Below are positions 1 to 12,776 of a DNA stretch of 48,650 bases, piece by piece. The position numbers and the translations under genes were made by a program. This DNA comes from Octopus sinensis (taxonomy: Eukaryota): the NCBI RefSeq assembly GCF_006345805.1, contig NW_021834453.1, positions 1 through 48,650 on the forward strand, in the 5' to 3' direction. Below the pieces are notes generated by a model. The model saw only the letters and a list, made by a program, of their open reading frames with translations, searched no databases and was not told the DNA's origin. Positions within the stretch are counted from its first letter, which is position 1, and each line of letters begins with the position of its first letter.

Positions 1-106
1 GAGTGTGTGCGTGTGCATGTATCTAGTATGCATATATGCATAAATGTATGGATGTAGGCTTGTGTGTGTATGTATGTCTGTCTGTATGCATACATGTATG
101 TATATA

Positions 107-174
<68 letters not shown>

Positions 175-900
175 CCCGCATGTACGTATGTATGTAACTA
201 TACATGCAATTATTTTTCCCTGCATATCTGTCTGTCTTCCTGTATGTATGTATGCATGCATGCATGTATGTATGTTATGTATGTATGTATGTATGTATGT
301 ATGTAGTATGTATGTATGTATGTATGTAGGATGTATGTATGCGGTATGTATGTATGTATGTATGTATGTATGTATGTATGTATGTATGTCTGGGTGTATG
401 TATGTGTGTATGTATGTATGTGTTATGTATGTATGTATGTATGTAGTATGTGTGTATGTATGTATGTATGTATGCATGCATGCATGTATGTATGTATGTA
501 TGTATGAATGTATGTTGTATGTATGTATGTATGTATGTATGTATGTATGTATGTAGTATGTGTGTATGTATGTTGTATGCTAGTTGTTGTATGTATGTAT
601 GAATGTATGTAAGTATGTATGTATGTAGTATGTATGTATGTATGTCTGTATGTGTGTAGTATGTTGAATGATATGTAAGTATTGTATGGTATGTATGTAT
701 GTATTCCTGTATGTATGTATGAAGAGTATGTATGTATGTATGTATGTATGTATGTATGTATGTATGTGTGTATGCGTGTATGTATGTATGCGTGTATTTA
801 TGTATGTATGCATATGTTTGTCTCAATCTGCCTGTTTTCTATTGTACATTTACGTGTTTGTGTATTAGTGCTTGTATGTTTGTATGTATCCATGTGTGTG
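1..900. repeat. Compound microsatellite, mainly degenerate (TATG)n with (TA)n/(TG)n
   Basis: Directly visible tandem TATG units; overlapping ORFs are MYVC/HTYI read-throughs. Confidence 0.97.
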
Positions 901-1231
901 TATGTGACAATTAATATGAAGATGTGAGCGAGTGTACGCCAGATATTTTAATGAATCGAGCTGATCTTATGTAACAATATTGTATAATCGCAATGGTTGC
1001 CTGTAAACGCAGTGAGCTATATATGTGTTCAGGTATATATATATATATTTATGATGCCAGTAATAACGTACGTATAATTATTTATGCATGCGCAGACCAG
1101 GCCATAGGCAAACACGACACATACAGACACAGACTGCTCCATATAAATATATATATATATATATATAATATATGTACACATACACTCACATATACACACA
1201 TATTCATACATACATATATGGAAACAGACAC

Positions 1232-1293
<62 letters not shown>

Positions 1294-2039
1294 CAATAAT
1301 GCATATGCATATTTATATGCATATAAAAATATGCATATATATATATAGATATAAATATATATAAATACGTATATATATATGTATGTGTGTGTGTGCGTGT
1401 AAATATATACACAACTGTACATATATGTGTTTTTGTGCGTGTATGTATATATATATATATATATTATACACACACATATATATATATACACATGCACGTG
1501 CATACATACACACGCACACATTGTATATTGTGAGTGTAATAAAAGAACAAACACATTATATTACATGATAATGTTATTCAGAATACTGCTTAATACAGTG
1601 TTGTGTATAAATATGTGTATACACACATACACAAATATACATACATATGGAAGCACTCAATATCACACACAATATATATGTAATGTGTGTGTGTGTATGT
1701 GTGTAAGTCTATATATACATATAAATATATATATATATAATATATATATATATTATATATATATATATATCCTACTTGTTTATGTTTATGTATGTTAACG
1801 AATGCCCTGCTTTTCTATGAATGGATATATGCACCAGCTATCGTCCGCTCGTATATATAAATGTGTGTCGTCACGTTTGTGTGTGTGTGTGTGTGTGTGT
1901 GCATGAATACCTTTGATCCATCTAAATTATACACCATATTTCAATAATGGCTATAACAAACACACATTTCCGTTTGGGATAAACGAATGCAATAGTTTCT
2001 TATAACACTCAGCAACCAGTACAGGAACAACAAAACCAC

Positions 2040-2443
2040 GATGGCGTCGACGACGACGACGGCGGTGACACCTCCATCATAATCGTCCTCATCATCATCG
2101 TCATCACTACATCTGTTACAGTCGTTCGCCGTTTTCCACCACCTCCTCCTCCTTCTCTTACGGTTCGCCTTCTTCATTATGAACCTCATTATCATCATAA
2201 TCATCGGCTATCATCCTGTATTTCCTCATCACCGTCGTCGTAATTATCATTATCATCATCATCACCATCATCATCGTCGTCGTCGTCATCATCATCATCA
2301 TCATCATCCCGCTCCATCATCATCATCATCATCACCACCACCACCACCACCACCACTACAACCACCACCATCATCATTATCATTATCATCATCATCACCA
2401 TCATCATCGTCGTCGTCATCATCATCATCATCATCATCATTCC

Positions 2444-2476
<33 letters not shown>

Positions 2477-2634
2477 CCACCACCACCAGTCGACGCCACA
2501 AGCACAAACCACCGCCACCACTGCCGCTGTCGTCGTCATCGTAATTGTCATCATCGTCATCACCGTCGATGTCGCCACCATCATCACCGTCATCGTCGCC
2601 GTCATCATCATCGTCGTAGTCATTGTCGTCGTTG

Positions 2635-2674
<40 letters not shown>

Positions 2675-2775
2675 TACCACCACCACCACCAACAACCACC
2701 AGCACCAGCACCAGCACCAGCACCGGCAGCAGCAGCAGCAGCACCACCACCACCACCACCGCCACCGCCACCACC
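2040..2775. repeat. Trinucleotide array (CAT)n/(CAC)n/(CGT)n/(CAG)n
   Basis: Directly visible; gives poly-H/S/D/P ORFs in several frames. Confidence 0.95.
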
Positions 2776-3210
2776 AAACTAGTCGTTAGACATCAGCTTG
2801 GTAGGAAGGACTTCAAGGTGCATGCGGATTCAAAGAAGTTGCTCGTGTTCCGAACCAATATTGCAATATTGAAGCACTGTCTTTCAACATAATGGTGTAA
2901 TTACTTAAAAAAAGATATTTCCTATTGTTAATTGAGTCACAGAGAAGGTTTTATGGAATATGTACCTGAGAAGAAGTATCTAAAGTAAAAGGACACGTGT
3001 AGAAGATGACGATGACTATGTCCTGCACTGCAACAGAGGTTGGATAGTTTCGTCTTGTAACAAAATCTGAAATGTCTTACTCTTGCTGATATTAGCTTTA
3101 AAAACAATAGCATAGCACTGATTGAGGAACTACAAAAGGAGGAGGAGGAGGAGGAGAATGGCGTCGTCATGCTTATGGTAGAGGCATATCTATATCTATC
3201 TATCTATCTA

Positions 3211-3249
<39 letters not shown>

Positions 3250-3275
3250 AATATATATATATATATATATATACA

Positions 3276-3337
<62 letters not shown>

Positions 3338-3342
3338 TGTGC

Positions 3343-3650
3343 GGACGCGCAATGGCCCAGTGGTTAGGGCAGCGAACTCGCGGTTGTAGGATCGCGGTTT
3401 CAATTCCCAGACCGGGCGTTGTGAGTGTTTATTGAGCGAAAACACCTAAAGCCCTACGAGGCTCCGGCAGGGGAGGTGGCGATCCTTGCTGTACGCTTTC
3501 GCCACAACTTTCTCTCACTCTCTCTTCTGTTGGCCTGCTCGCTTAGCCAGCGGGGTGGCGTCATTTGAAGGCTAAAACAATGCGAAGTGCATTCTGACCA
3601 GCGATGTGTAGCAACATCTGAAAGCCTGGTCGGTCACGGTGATCACGATG

Positions 3651-3651
<1 letters not shown>
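3343..3651 (+). mobile_element. tRNA-derived SINE, head type X
   Basis: tRNA-like head with A-box (TGGCCCAGTGG) and B-box-like GGTTTCAATTCC. The head and middle match the minus-strand copy at 43405-43704. Confidence 0.85.
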
Positions 3652-3706
<55 letters not shown>

Positions 3707-3780
3707 TATTATATATATATATATGTATATACATCTGTATATGTATACATGTATTTATTTATATATGTACGTATGTAGCT

Positions 3781-3815
<35 letters not shown>

Positions 3816-3816
3816 G

Positions 3817-3853
<37 letters not shown>

Positions 3854-3981
3854 TATGCATGTATTTATGTATACGTATACATACATACATACACGCATGG
3901 ATCGATAGAGAGAGAGATAAAGAAAGAAAGAGAAGTGAGAGAGATGGAGTGAAAGGCAGATAGACGGACAGACAGATAGAT

Positions 3982-4530
3982 CAAAACAGAATAAGCTTTG
4001 AAACAAAGGCAAATGCAACCGGCTTTAATTTCTCCTGCAGCTGAAAATTAATTCCATTAAAGTCGAAATATAAATCTAACAAACAAGCTACGTTCCTTTC
4101 GAAAGTCTTCGCGTTGTCTTGCAGGAAAACATTTTTATATTCGAAGAATTTCAAAACTTTCTCGAAAACAAGATTACAAAAGCAACTCAGACAGGCATCT
4201 TTTGACAACCAATGTACTTTAGTGTTGAACAACATGCTGTTAAATTCCTTATTGTTTGCTTTGCGCAACTGTTTCAAAGAATTTGTCATTGAGAGAATTG
4301 TTTCTAAATTTGTTAATGGCTATAATGAAGAATTATAATGCGTAACGCAAGCTGTCTCCAAGGGCCGTTTTTTTCGCAACTAAATTTTACCGATGAATCA
4401 CGCAATATGCCGCGAATAACTAACTTGGTAACTGACTTTTTTTTTAAATGTGCTATGAAATCATGGTGGTAGCTCCACATCAGTTGCAGCTATTATTGTA
4501 AAAGAAATCTTCTCTGTCTGCGTGCATATA
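3982..4530 (-). pseudogene. hAT transposase fossil (Charlie/Buster; FAM200/SCAND3-like)
   Basis: Minus-strand peptides AATD, YCVIHR*NLVAK and FNTKVHWLSKDACLS correspond to the hAT motifs ATDGA, HCxIHR and HTEVRWLSKG; stops and frameshifts present. Confidence 0.8.
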
Positions 4531-4539
4531 AGTATGAAT

Positions 4540-4860
4540 GATTGTATACATGTATGTATGTATGTATGTATGTATGTATGTATGTATGTATGTATGTATG
4601 TATGTATGTATGAATGTATGTATGTATGAATGTATGTATTATGTATGTATGTATGTATGTATGTATGTATGTTATGAATGTATGTATGTATGTATGTATG
4701 AATGTATGTATGTATGTATGTATGTATGTATGTATGTATGTATGTATGTATGTATGAATGTATGTATGTATGTATGTATGTATGTATGTATGAATGTATG
4801 TACGTATGCATGTATGTATGAATGTATGTATGTATGTATGTATGTATGTATGAATGTATG
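4540..4860. repeat. (TATG)n array with TGAA variant units, left of the CR1 insertion
   Basis: Directly visible; the same array type continues at 5230-5490. Confidence 0.95.
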
Positions 4861-5230
4861 TTAGTTATTTAGTTAGTTAGTTAATTTGGTTCAAAAGCAA
4901 ATAGCAAGGCCATGTAGGGGGACATGGAGTTAAGTACAGGGTGGTGTTCATGTAAAGAGTTCAGGCCACTTGAGGTCCAGGGAGGCTTTGAACAAAGCGG
5001 TCGTCGGCATCTTCACCATCTCATCTGGCAGCTTGTTCCACGGATCCGCAACCCGGACGGAGAAAGTTCCTCTCCTTCGATTGAGATGAAATCGTCGCAG
5101 GTAGAGCTTTTCGGAATGACCCCGCAGCCGACGCTCCGGAGCAGGAGTGAAGAACAGCTTTTTCGAGAGGTTACACTTCCCGCTTATGATGTTGTGGGCG
5201 AGAATGAGATCACCACGGCGGCGGCGTTGT
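4861..5230 (-). mobile_element. 5'-truncated CR1/L2-group LINE 3' end
   Basis: RRRGDLI..RGHSEKL..FSVRVADPWNKLP..FKASLD is the typical CR1 ORF2 C-terminus; TGA at 4950-4948, short 3'UTR and (TAAC)n-like tail at 4861-4885. Confidence 0.9.
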
Positions 5231-5692
5231 ATGAATGTATGTATGTATGTATGTATGTATGTATGTATGTATGTATGTATGTATGAATGAATGTATGTAT
5301 GTATGTATGAATGTATGTATGTATGTATGTATGAATGTATGTATGTATGTATGTATGTATGTATGTATGTATGTATGTATGTATGTATGAATGCATGTAA
5401 GTATGAATAATTGTATATATGTATGTATGTATGCATGCATGTATGTATGTATGTATGTATGTATGTATGTATGTATGTATGTATGTATGTATACAAACTT
5501 ACTGTTAACAAAAGTCAGGATGCGTGGGTTCAGCTATTCAATAAATGAAAAATGCATTAAATATTACAAAACGTACACGTAAGACACACCAGAACTCTAA
5601 TAGGCATGAAATAGGTGCTAGTAGTTTTCGGTAGATAACTAACAAAGTATCCAGGTTCTCGTGTATGTCCTACATGTATGTATGCATATGTG

Positions 5693-5726
<34 letters not shown>

Positions 5727-5761
5727 TGTATGCATGTATGTATGTATGTATGTATCCATAA

Positions 5762-6175
5762 GCGTAGGAGCGGCTGTGTGGTAAGTAGCTTGCTTACGAA
5801 CCACATGGTTCCGAGTTCAGTCCCAATGTGTGGCACCTTGGCCAAGTGTCTTCTACTATACCCTCGGGCTGACCAAAGCCTTGTGAGTGGATTTATTAGA
5901 CGGAAACTGAAAGAAGCCCATCGTATATGTGTATATGTATATATATGTATGTGTGTGCATATGTTTGTGTGTCTGTATTTGTCCCCCCAACATCGCTTGA
6001 CAACCGATGCTGGTGTGTTTACGTCCCCGTAACTTAGCGGTTCAGCAAAAGAGACTGACAGAATAAGTACTAGGCTTACAAAGAATAAGTCCCGGGGTCG
6101 ATTTGCTCGACTAAAGGCGGTGCTCCAGCATGGCCACAGCCACATGACTGAAACAAGTAAAAAAGAAAGAAAGAG
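5762..6175 (+). mobile_element. OK-like tRNA-derived SINE with internal (TA/TG)n linker
   Basis: Head GGCTGTGTGGTAAGTAGCTTGC..GGCACCTTGGCCAAGTG, body CTTGACAACCGATGCTGG, tail GACTGAAACAAGTAAAA; the same family recurs many times in the window. Confidence 0.9.
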
Positions 6176-6299
6176 AGAGAGAAAGAGTATGTATGTATGT
6201 ATGTATGAATGTATGTATGTATGTATGTATGTATGTATGTATGTATGTATGCATGCATGCATGTATATATGTCTCTTCTGTTTTTAATCATTTAAATTC

Positions 6300-6440
6300 T
6301 TCCCCTGGAGAAGAAGCTGGGTTCTAACAAAGATACAAAGATCCATGTCACATTTTAAACCTGAGAAAAGTCTTGCATAGTTTTATTGTTCCGCTTACTG
6401 ATTGTTTTTGTAATATGCGAATCAATTGGTTATCGAGACT
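6300..6440 (+). repeat. Dispersed repeat X, copy 1 (class unknown)
   Basis: Core 6362-6403 matches 12311-12352 at 39/42 nt. Confidence 0.75.
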
Positions 6441-6449
6441 AACAATGTA

Positions 6450-6484
<35 letters not shown>

Positions 6485-6589
6485 ATGTATGTATGTATGT
6501 ATGTATGTATGTATGTCCGTATTTCTGTATGTATGTATGTATGTATGTATGTATGTATGTATGTATGTATTATGCATGTATGTCTCATC

Positions 6590-8417
6590 TATTTTTACTT
6601 ATTATAAATCTTCCACTGAGGAGGGAGCCGATTTCCAACAAAGACATAAGGCTCCATCTTTGAGATGTAGTTAACACAGACAAACTAAAATTTGGAACTT
6701 GAGAAAAGCCTTCCACTCACAGATAGCACTTGTAATGTACGAATCAGCCGACCAGTTTCTCTTTCTGAAAATCCCAGTTTGTCCAGATTCTCCTTTAAGC
6801 ATTTACTAACAAAACCTAGTGATCTAATTACTATTGGAATGAATATGAATTCATAGTTTGGATATAGAAGCTGGAGTTTTCGAAGCAGTTGTCCATAGAT
6901 GTCCTTTTTCTCTTTAATTTTCAATGAGATATTTATATCTGCAAGGCAGCTGACCCCTATGATGGTACATACCTTTGCCCCTCTGTCCCAAACAACAATA
7001 TCTGGCCTGTTGTGTTCACATTTGACAGAAGTTTTGATGGGAATATTCTACCAGTATTCCTTGAGTCGGTGTTTATGAATGTATTTCATAACAGAGGGAT
7101 TTTCTAAGTTTATTGCCGGACAATCTTTTTTGCGGATGGTATTGTAAATTGTTTTAGCAACAACATCATGCTACATAGGGAGGTAGTACCGTGACATTTT
7201 AGGACAGCTGCTAATCACATGTAATATCTTCCACAGAAACATGACATAGCCTACACATGTGGTTGCATTTTGAGATAATAAGAGTGCCACTGTCTCTCTT
7301 GTTCACCAGGTACTTTGTGGCAATCTCCTGTTACTTGAGTGCAAACGCATAGCCTTCAAACTGTGATGTGTCCAAAAGAGGATGCACTTCGTGTCAATTC
7401 TACTGTCTTCTTCAAGCTTCCTGACAACGTACCTATGCATGGTCTTTTAATTTTTTTTGTATGCTTAGTGCTTTCCATCCAGGTTTTCTCTGAGGTAAGA
7501 GAACCCAGCTCTTTTGGGGTTGTATAGGAGATCTTCAGGAAGAGAGTGTTTCTTGAGTTCACTGCCAACTCATAAAATTATGCTCACTTCACTTTTCAGC
7601 ACTGCATTAGTATATTTATTTTTGCTGCTGTTGTTTAGCAGGTGCTGCCAGAGGGATACCACACGGCATTCGAAGGCCGTCTGCACTGATCTCAGACCTC
7701 TACCACCATCATTTCTTCTCGGGTAGAGTCTGTCAACATCACTATTTCTATGGAAGTTCCCAGTTGTTGTCAGGATTTTGCGGGTTTTGATATCTATGGA
7801 GTGGATTTCCTTTACAGACCAATCAAGTGTCCCAAATGTTGGGATCAGCACTGGTACTGCAAATTCATTGTGGGATATTGTTTTGTTGTTAAGAAGAGAG
7901 TTCCGAGTGCCACATTTTCCTAAGTCTGGTGTAATATTCTCGGGTCACTCTATTTTTATTCACAGTGCCTTCATATGATACATTTTCGTCTATGCCTAGG
8001 TACTTGTAACATTCTTTGTGTGGAATGGGGGAGATAGAGAGACCGTTGATACACAGGTTTTGGGTTTGGGGGAATCAATTTTCTCGTTCTATAACCAAAT
8101 ATGAACATTTCTTTTGACCAAATTCCATGCCTATATCAGCTGAAAATGTTGTTATTAATTCTAGTTGTATTTTGGCATTGTTAACACTTTTAGCATACCT
8201 TTTCAGGTAGTCTACAATGACATTATGAGTTACATTGATATTTCTAGAAGTTGAAGATTCTAGATTGTAACCACTTGTTTTTTTGCAAGAAGAACGATAA
8301 TGGATTCAGTGCCAAAAGGAAAAGAAGTACAGAAATATATCTCCCTGGAATATTCCATTTGAAATGCCTATACTATCAGAAACAATTATTCTGTTCTCAA
8401 TAGTAAGGGTAAGGAAT
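6590..8417 (-). mobile_element. 5'-truncated R4/Dong-like non-LTR retrotransposon (RT + CCHC + restriction-like endonuclease), degenerate
   Basis: GIFQGD (~8341-8358), degenerate VDYLKRYAK, YKYLG, DVDRLYPRRNDGGRGL, CRLCH..HVISSC knuckle, HDVVAK, RPDIVVWD (7008-7000) and KEKKDIY..FIPIVI; TAA-rich 3' end at ~6590-6607. Confidence 0.88.
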
Positions 8418-8454
8418 GTATGTATGTATGTATGTCTGTATGTATGAACGTACG

Positions 8455-8600
8455 CTGGAGCAAAGTGCTTAGCGGGATTTCTTCCAGTTCTCTTCTTTCT
8501 GAGTTCAAATACCGCCGAGGTTAACTTTACCTTTCACCCTTTCGAGGTCGATAAAATAAAATACCAGTCAAATATTAGCGTCGATCTCTCCTCTCTTTGA
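8455..8600 (+). mobile_element. SINE fragment with Nin/Deu-like core
   Basis: CTGAGTTCAAATACCGCCGAGG..CCTTTCACCCTTTCGAGGTCGATAAAAT matches the copy at 9280. Confidence 0.75.
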
Positions 8601-8695
8601 CTTACATCGAGTAACCGGCCTTATGACTCCTAAGGGTCAATAAATAAGTATGTGTGTGCTTGTATGTGTGTGTATGTGTGCGTGTGTGCGTATCC

Positions 8696-8919
8696 TTTTA
8701 TTCTTGTTTCAGTTATTTGACTGCGGCCATGCTGGAGAAACGCCTTGAAGGATTTTAGTCGAAGAAATCGACTGTAGGACTTATTTTTTAAAATCTAGTA
8801 CTTATTCTATCGCTCTTTTTTTTCCCGAACTTCTAAGTTAAAGGGAACGTAAACACACCAACACCGGTTGTCAAGCGGTGATGGGGGGACAAATACAGAG
8901 ACACAGACACGCACACATA

Positions 8920-8957
<38 letters not shown>

Positions 8958-9093
8958 CGTCTACCAAATTCACTCACAAGGCTTTAGTCGGCCCGAGGCT
9001 ATAGTAGAAAACACTTGTCATAGGTGCCACGCAGTGGGACTGAGCCCGGAACCATGTGGTTGGGAAGCAAGCTTCTTACCACACAGCCACTCC
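8696..9093 (-). mobile_element. OK-like SINE
   Basis: Reverse complement of the head, body and tail seen at 5762; internal (CA)n. Confidence 0.9.
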
Positions 9094-9184
9094 TACATGC
9101 ATAATACATACATACATACATGCATGCATGCATCCATCCATCCATCCATCCATCCATCCATACATACATACATACATACATACA

Positions 9185-9215
<31 letters not shown>

Positions 9216-9279
9216 TGATTTGAACAAAAGCATGTAACGTATCTTAAGTAAAATGGAAAACCAATATTTAGATATTTGG

Positions 9280-9478
9280 AAGACGGTGAGCTGGCAGAAA
9301 TGGTTAACAAACCAGGCGAAATGCTTAGCGGTATTTCTGAGTTCAAATTCCGCCGAGTTCGACTTTGCCTTTCATCCTTTCGGGGTCGATAAATTAAGTA
9401 CCAGTTGCGTACTGCGGTCGATCTAATCGACTGGCCTCCACCACCAAAATTCCGGGCCTTGTGCCAAGAGTAGAAAAG
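9280..9478 (+). mobile_element. tRNA-derived SINE with Nin/Deu-like core and 17-bp TSD
   Basis: TSD AATATTTAGATATTTGG at 9263-9279 and 9479-9495; core GCCTTTCATCCTTTCGGGGTCGATAAATTAAGTACCAG. Confidence 0.9.
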
Positions 9479-9499
9479 AATATTTAGATATTTGGGCAT

Positions 9500-10576
9500 A
9501 CCTATATTCAGGCACCTTTGTTTAATTTACTTCTGCTACGGTTCGTAATTTTGAGGCAGTTTCATGATTCCATCTTTCCACAACTTGGTATTTTTCTGGG
9601 TCATGAATTCGTCTAAGTGTTTCTTACACTCTTCCAAAAGAAATGGGTTTGTAGCAATTTTTGTTGCGGTTACAAGGCAACAGGGAATCTAGCGCTGTTC
9701 TGAAGAATGACAACGCTTTTCGATTGACCAATTCTAGACGTTTTTCATTTGCTGCCCTCTTTAATCAGTTTTACTGGTAACAATAATTGGCTGGATTCAA
9801 CGTCTGATTTTGCGGAAGGAGCGCGTAGTATACAGGGTGTCCACAAATTCTGAGTACATGAGAATTAACACATACTTTAAGAAATTATTATTTCTTATAT
9901 TCAATTCTTTATGTTATGATTTTATTTACTCCATGTACCCACATGGGGATTAGCACATATTTTAAGAAATTATAATTTCTTATATTTAATTGTTTATGTT
10001 ATGATTTTATTTACTCCATGTACCCAGACTTTGTGGACACCCTGTATAACGCATTTCCAATCCTACCAGATACATGGTATCACCTTGTTTGGATTCTGAC
10101 CGGCTTTTGGAGTAATTAAATATTCATTCCATTTCCTCGAGGACTTTTCCTCTCCACATTGTTGTAAACAATCAATTTTTCATCACGATCATTTTTTTAA
10201 TCGTTTTTGTTGCATTTGGGCAGAGAATCACAGATGGAAATGCGGTCCGTCAAAGTTTTACCCTTTACATTATGAGACACCCAAATATCACAGCGATTTT
10301 AAATGCTCTATGACGCTCCTAACAGATATGTGGGAATATCTTTGTGATGTCTCGTGAAGTGTGACACGGATTATTTTTGATTGGCGCTTCGATTTGGTCA
10401 TCATCGACGTCTGTAGGCATGCTAGAACGTTCACTGTCTCTCAATTTAAGTTTCACTCCTATTCTTAGCGAGACTCTTACGAACAGTCCTCTCAGATATG
10501 ACTCCGTCTCGATAAACTACACATATTTCCGCAAAAAAAGCATCTAATGACGAAAATATATTTCATTTTCTACCAT
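9500..10576 (-). pseudogene. Mariner transposase relic, interrupted by a MITE
   Basis: ATG at 10576 (MVENEIYFRH), WVSHN (WVPHEL), RISICDSL, DEKLIVYNNV, DWKCVIYY, KHLDEF and GIMKL; many stops and frameshifts. Confidence 0.88.
9833..10044. mobile_element. Tc1/mariner-type MITE with 28-bp TIR and TA TSD
   Basis: TIR CAGGGTGTCCACAAATTCTGAGTACATG matches the reverse complement of the right end at 26/28; TA at 9831-9832 and 10045-10046. Confidence 0.92.
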
Positions 10577-10611
10577 ATATTTCATTTTCCCTTATGATGT
10601 AAAAGCAGTAG

Positions 10612-11240
10612 AGACAAGAGCACCCAGAGAGCGCAAACCTCCGCCAAGGCAACACCAATGTCCTCTCAACGATTAGCCGGATATGATTTTTAAAATGAGA
10701 ATATTTGAAATAAACTCGACTGCTCTCACAAACGAGAATACTAAAAATGAATCCGACTGCTCTCACAAATGAGAATACTAAAAGTGAACCTGACCGCTCT
10801 CAAAAATTAAGTAAAAAAACCTGGAAAAATAACATTAATAATAATAAGTTCTACTCATGAATGTTTAAATGAATATCATCAGACCTTTTGGTTTTCTCTT
10901 CTCTTAAATTCCGGCCTTCCTTTAGTATTCCTGTTGTTTTAGATCGATGCATAGATGTATGTATATATGTAAATATACTGTAAAGTGTTAATATGTATAT
11001 ATAGGCTTGAAAGACAACGTAAGATCGTAATACTTCATGTAAAGTAAAATAAATATAACAAATAATCTAGAATCCTTGTCTGGTACCTGATCGATCCCAA
11101 AATCTAATCAGTTCGTGCCAGTCACGAGGCCAAACATCCCTAAAAGTTTCATCCGAATCCATCCAGCAGTCCTTGAGATATCTTGTTCACGGACAAACAA
11201 ACACGACTGAAAACAATACCCCGCGCCTTGACACAGTAAT
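10612..11240 (-). mobile_element. Non-autonomous Helentron-associated (HINE/DINE-1-like) element
   Basis: Subterminal GAGCGCAAACCTCCGCC, block CCAAAATCTAATCAGTTC..AGTTTCATCCGAATCCATC, (CAAA)n and a decayed terminal hairpin; internal 37-bp tandem repeat at 10718-10800. The family assignment is from recalled structure. Confidence 0.65.
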
Positions 11241-11374
11241 CATATAGAAAAAGTCAGCTTTCGGAAAAAATGTATGTCATATACTGCTGTGTCACGTGAG
11301 AAATGAAATCACGTGTTTAAATACTATCAATTATAAAAAGTACTGAAGAACCTTTGTTCGAAACCAAACACACA

Positions 11375-11405
<31 letters not shown>

Positions 11406-11439
11406 ACACACCAGATGCACGCAATGTATATGTAATATC

Positions 11440-11584
<145 letters not shown>

Positions 11585-12168
11585 ATCTATCTATCTATAT
11601 GTATTGTACATATATATATATGTGTGTGTGTGTGTATTTGAAACACTTGCACACCAAGAAAAATCAGCTATAATTTAGTGTCTGTGCGCAAATGTCTCAT
11701 AAAAAAACAAACTCTTGAGTTATTTTTTCTCTTCTTCGTAAACTGACCGTAATCTAAAAAACAGCACGTGATTTCCTGGTTGACTTGATTTCATCCAATT
11801 GTAAAGAATATTGAACAGTGCTGAAAAATTGGCAATCGTGTCTTCCACATTCTCGCTCATCACGTCAATTTGTCATGATATTGTATTACTGCACAAATTT
11901 AAAGAGTTATAGGCTTTAAGGGATCAATTTTTCGCTAATAGTATGTGATATTCTGGATTTAAGGATTATTAATGAAATTTGTATAAGAGATACTAAATAC
12001 ATCATTTTCTTACATTGATGCGGAAGAAAACACCTTTGGCTTGATCAGTTATGTATCAAATTGGTTTTCAAATGCTTTAAGATAAAATTGTTTCTATGTT
12101 GATCCTTGCCGATCGGCAAATAAAATGGCAAAATCGTTTCTGATTTAAGAAAAATTGGCAAGTTCCCA

Positions 12169-12200
<32 letters not shown>

Positions 12201-12239
12201 TGTTCTCTTCTATTTGTAATTATTTGAAACGAGCTGTAA

Positions 12240-12400
12240 GAAAAGAGCTGGTTGCACACACAAGGGCTGAAAGCCCCATCGTTGGAAAGGAGTTGTCAAA
12301 AACAAGGACTTGAGAAAAGTCTTGCATATTTTTACTGTGCCGCTTACTGATTATATTTGCAGTGCGCTAATTACCTGGTTGATTATCCAAATTATCAGAT
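12240..12400 (+). repeat. Dispersed repeat X, copy 2
   Basis: Core 12311-12352 matches 6362-6403 at 39/42 nt; followed by (TATG)n as in copy 1. Confidence 0.75.
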
Positions 12401-12455
12401 AGGCACTTACTCTCATGTATGTGTGCATATATGTTATACATGCATGCATGTATGC

Positions 12456-12488
<33 letters not shown>

Positions 12489-12579
12489 TGTATGTATGTA
12501 TGTATGTATGTATGTATGTATGTATGTATGTATGTATGTATGTATGTACAGATAGATAGATGGCTGGCTGGATGGATTG

Positions 12580-12776
12580 TAGTCTTCGAATTAGCTTTCT
12601 CCTTTCTAGTTTTGAGAAGCCTAATTTCTCAAGTTAGGTATTTAGGCAGCGGGTTACATATCCCAGTGCTCCAATAATTATAGATATAGACCCTGAACTT
12701 GTAATCTGGAAAGAGTATCTGCATATTTCTCAATAGTTCAGCGTAGGTATTCTCTTTTCCACTGATCTTCAGCTTT

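Noticed and set aside
1-1800. Many ORFs of MYVC/HTYI/IYIY type, here and throughout the window
   Set aside because: They are read-throughs of (TATG)n, (TA)n and (CA)n, which lack stops in several frames; no coding signal.
2179-2892. Poly-His/Ser/Asp/Pro ORFs
   Set aside because: Trinucleotide array open in most frames, with no splice context or domain.
2780-3020. Faint resemblance to Gypsy RNase H (RHQLGRKDFKVHAD; EYVPEKK)
   Set aside because: Too few conserved residues, inconsistent frames and no LTR or other pol motifs nearby.
3343-3420. tRNA-like sequences at SINE heads (also 17522, 25934, 43704)
   Set aside because: They have A/B boxes but continue into SINE bodies, with TSDs in two cases, and have no complete acceptor stem; they are not tRNA genes.
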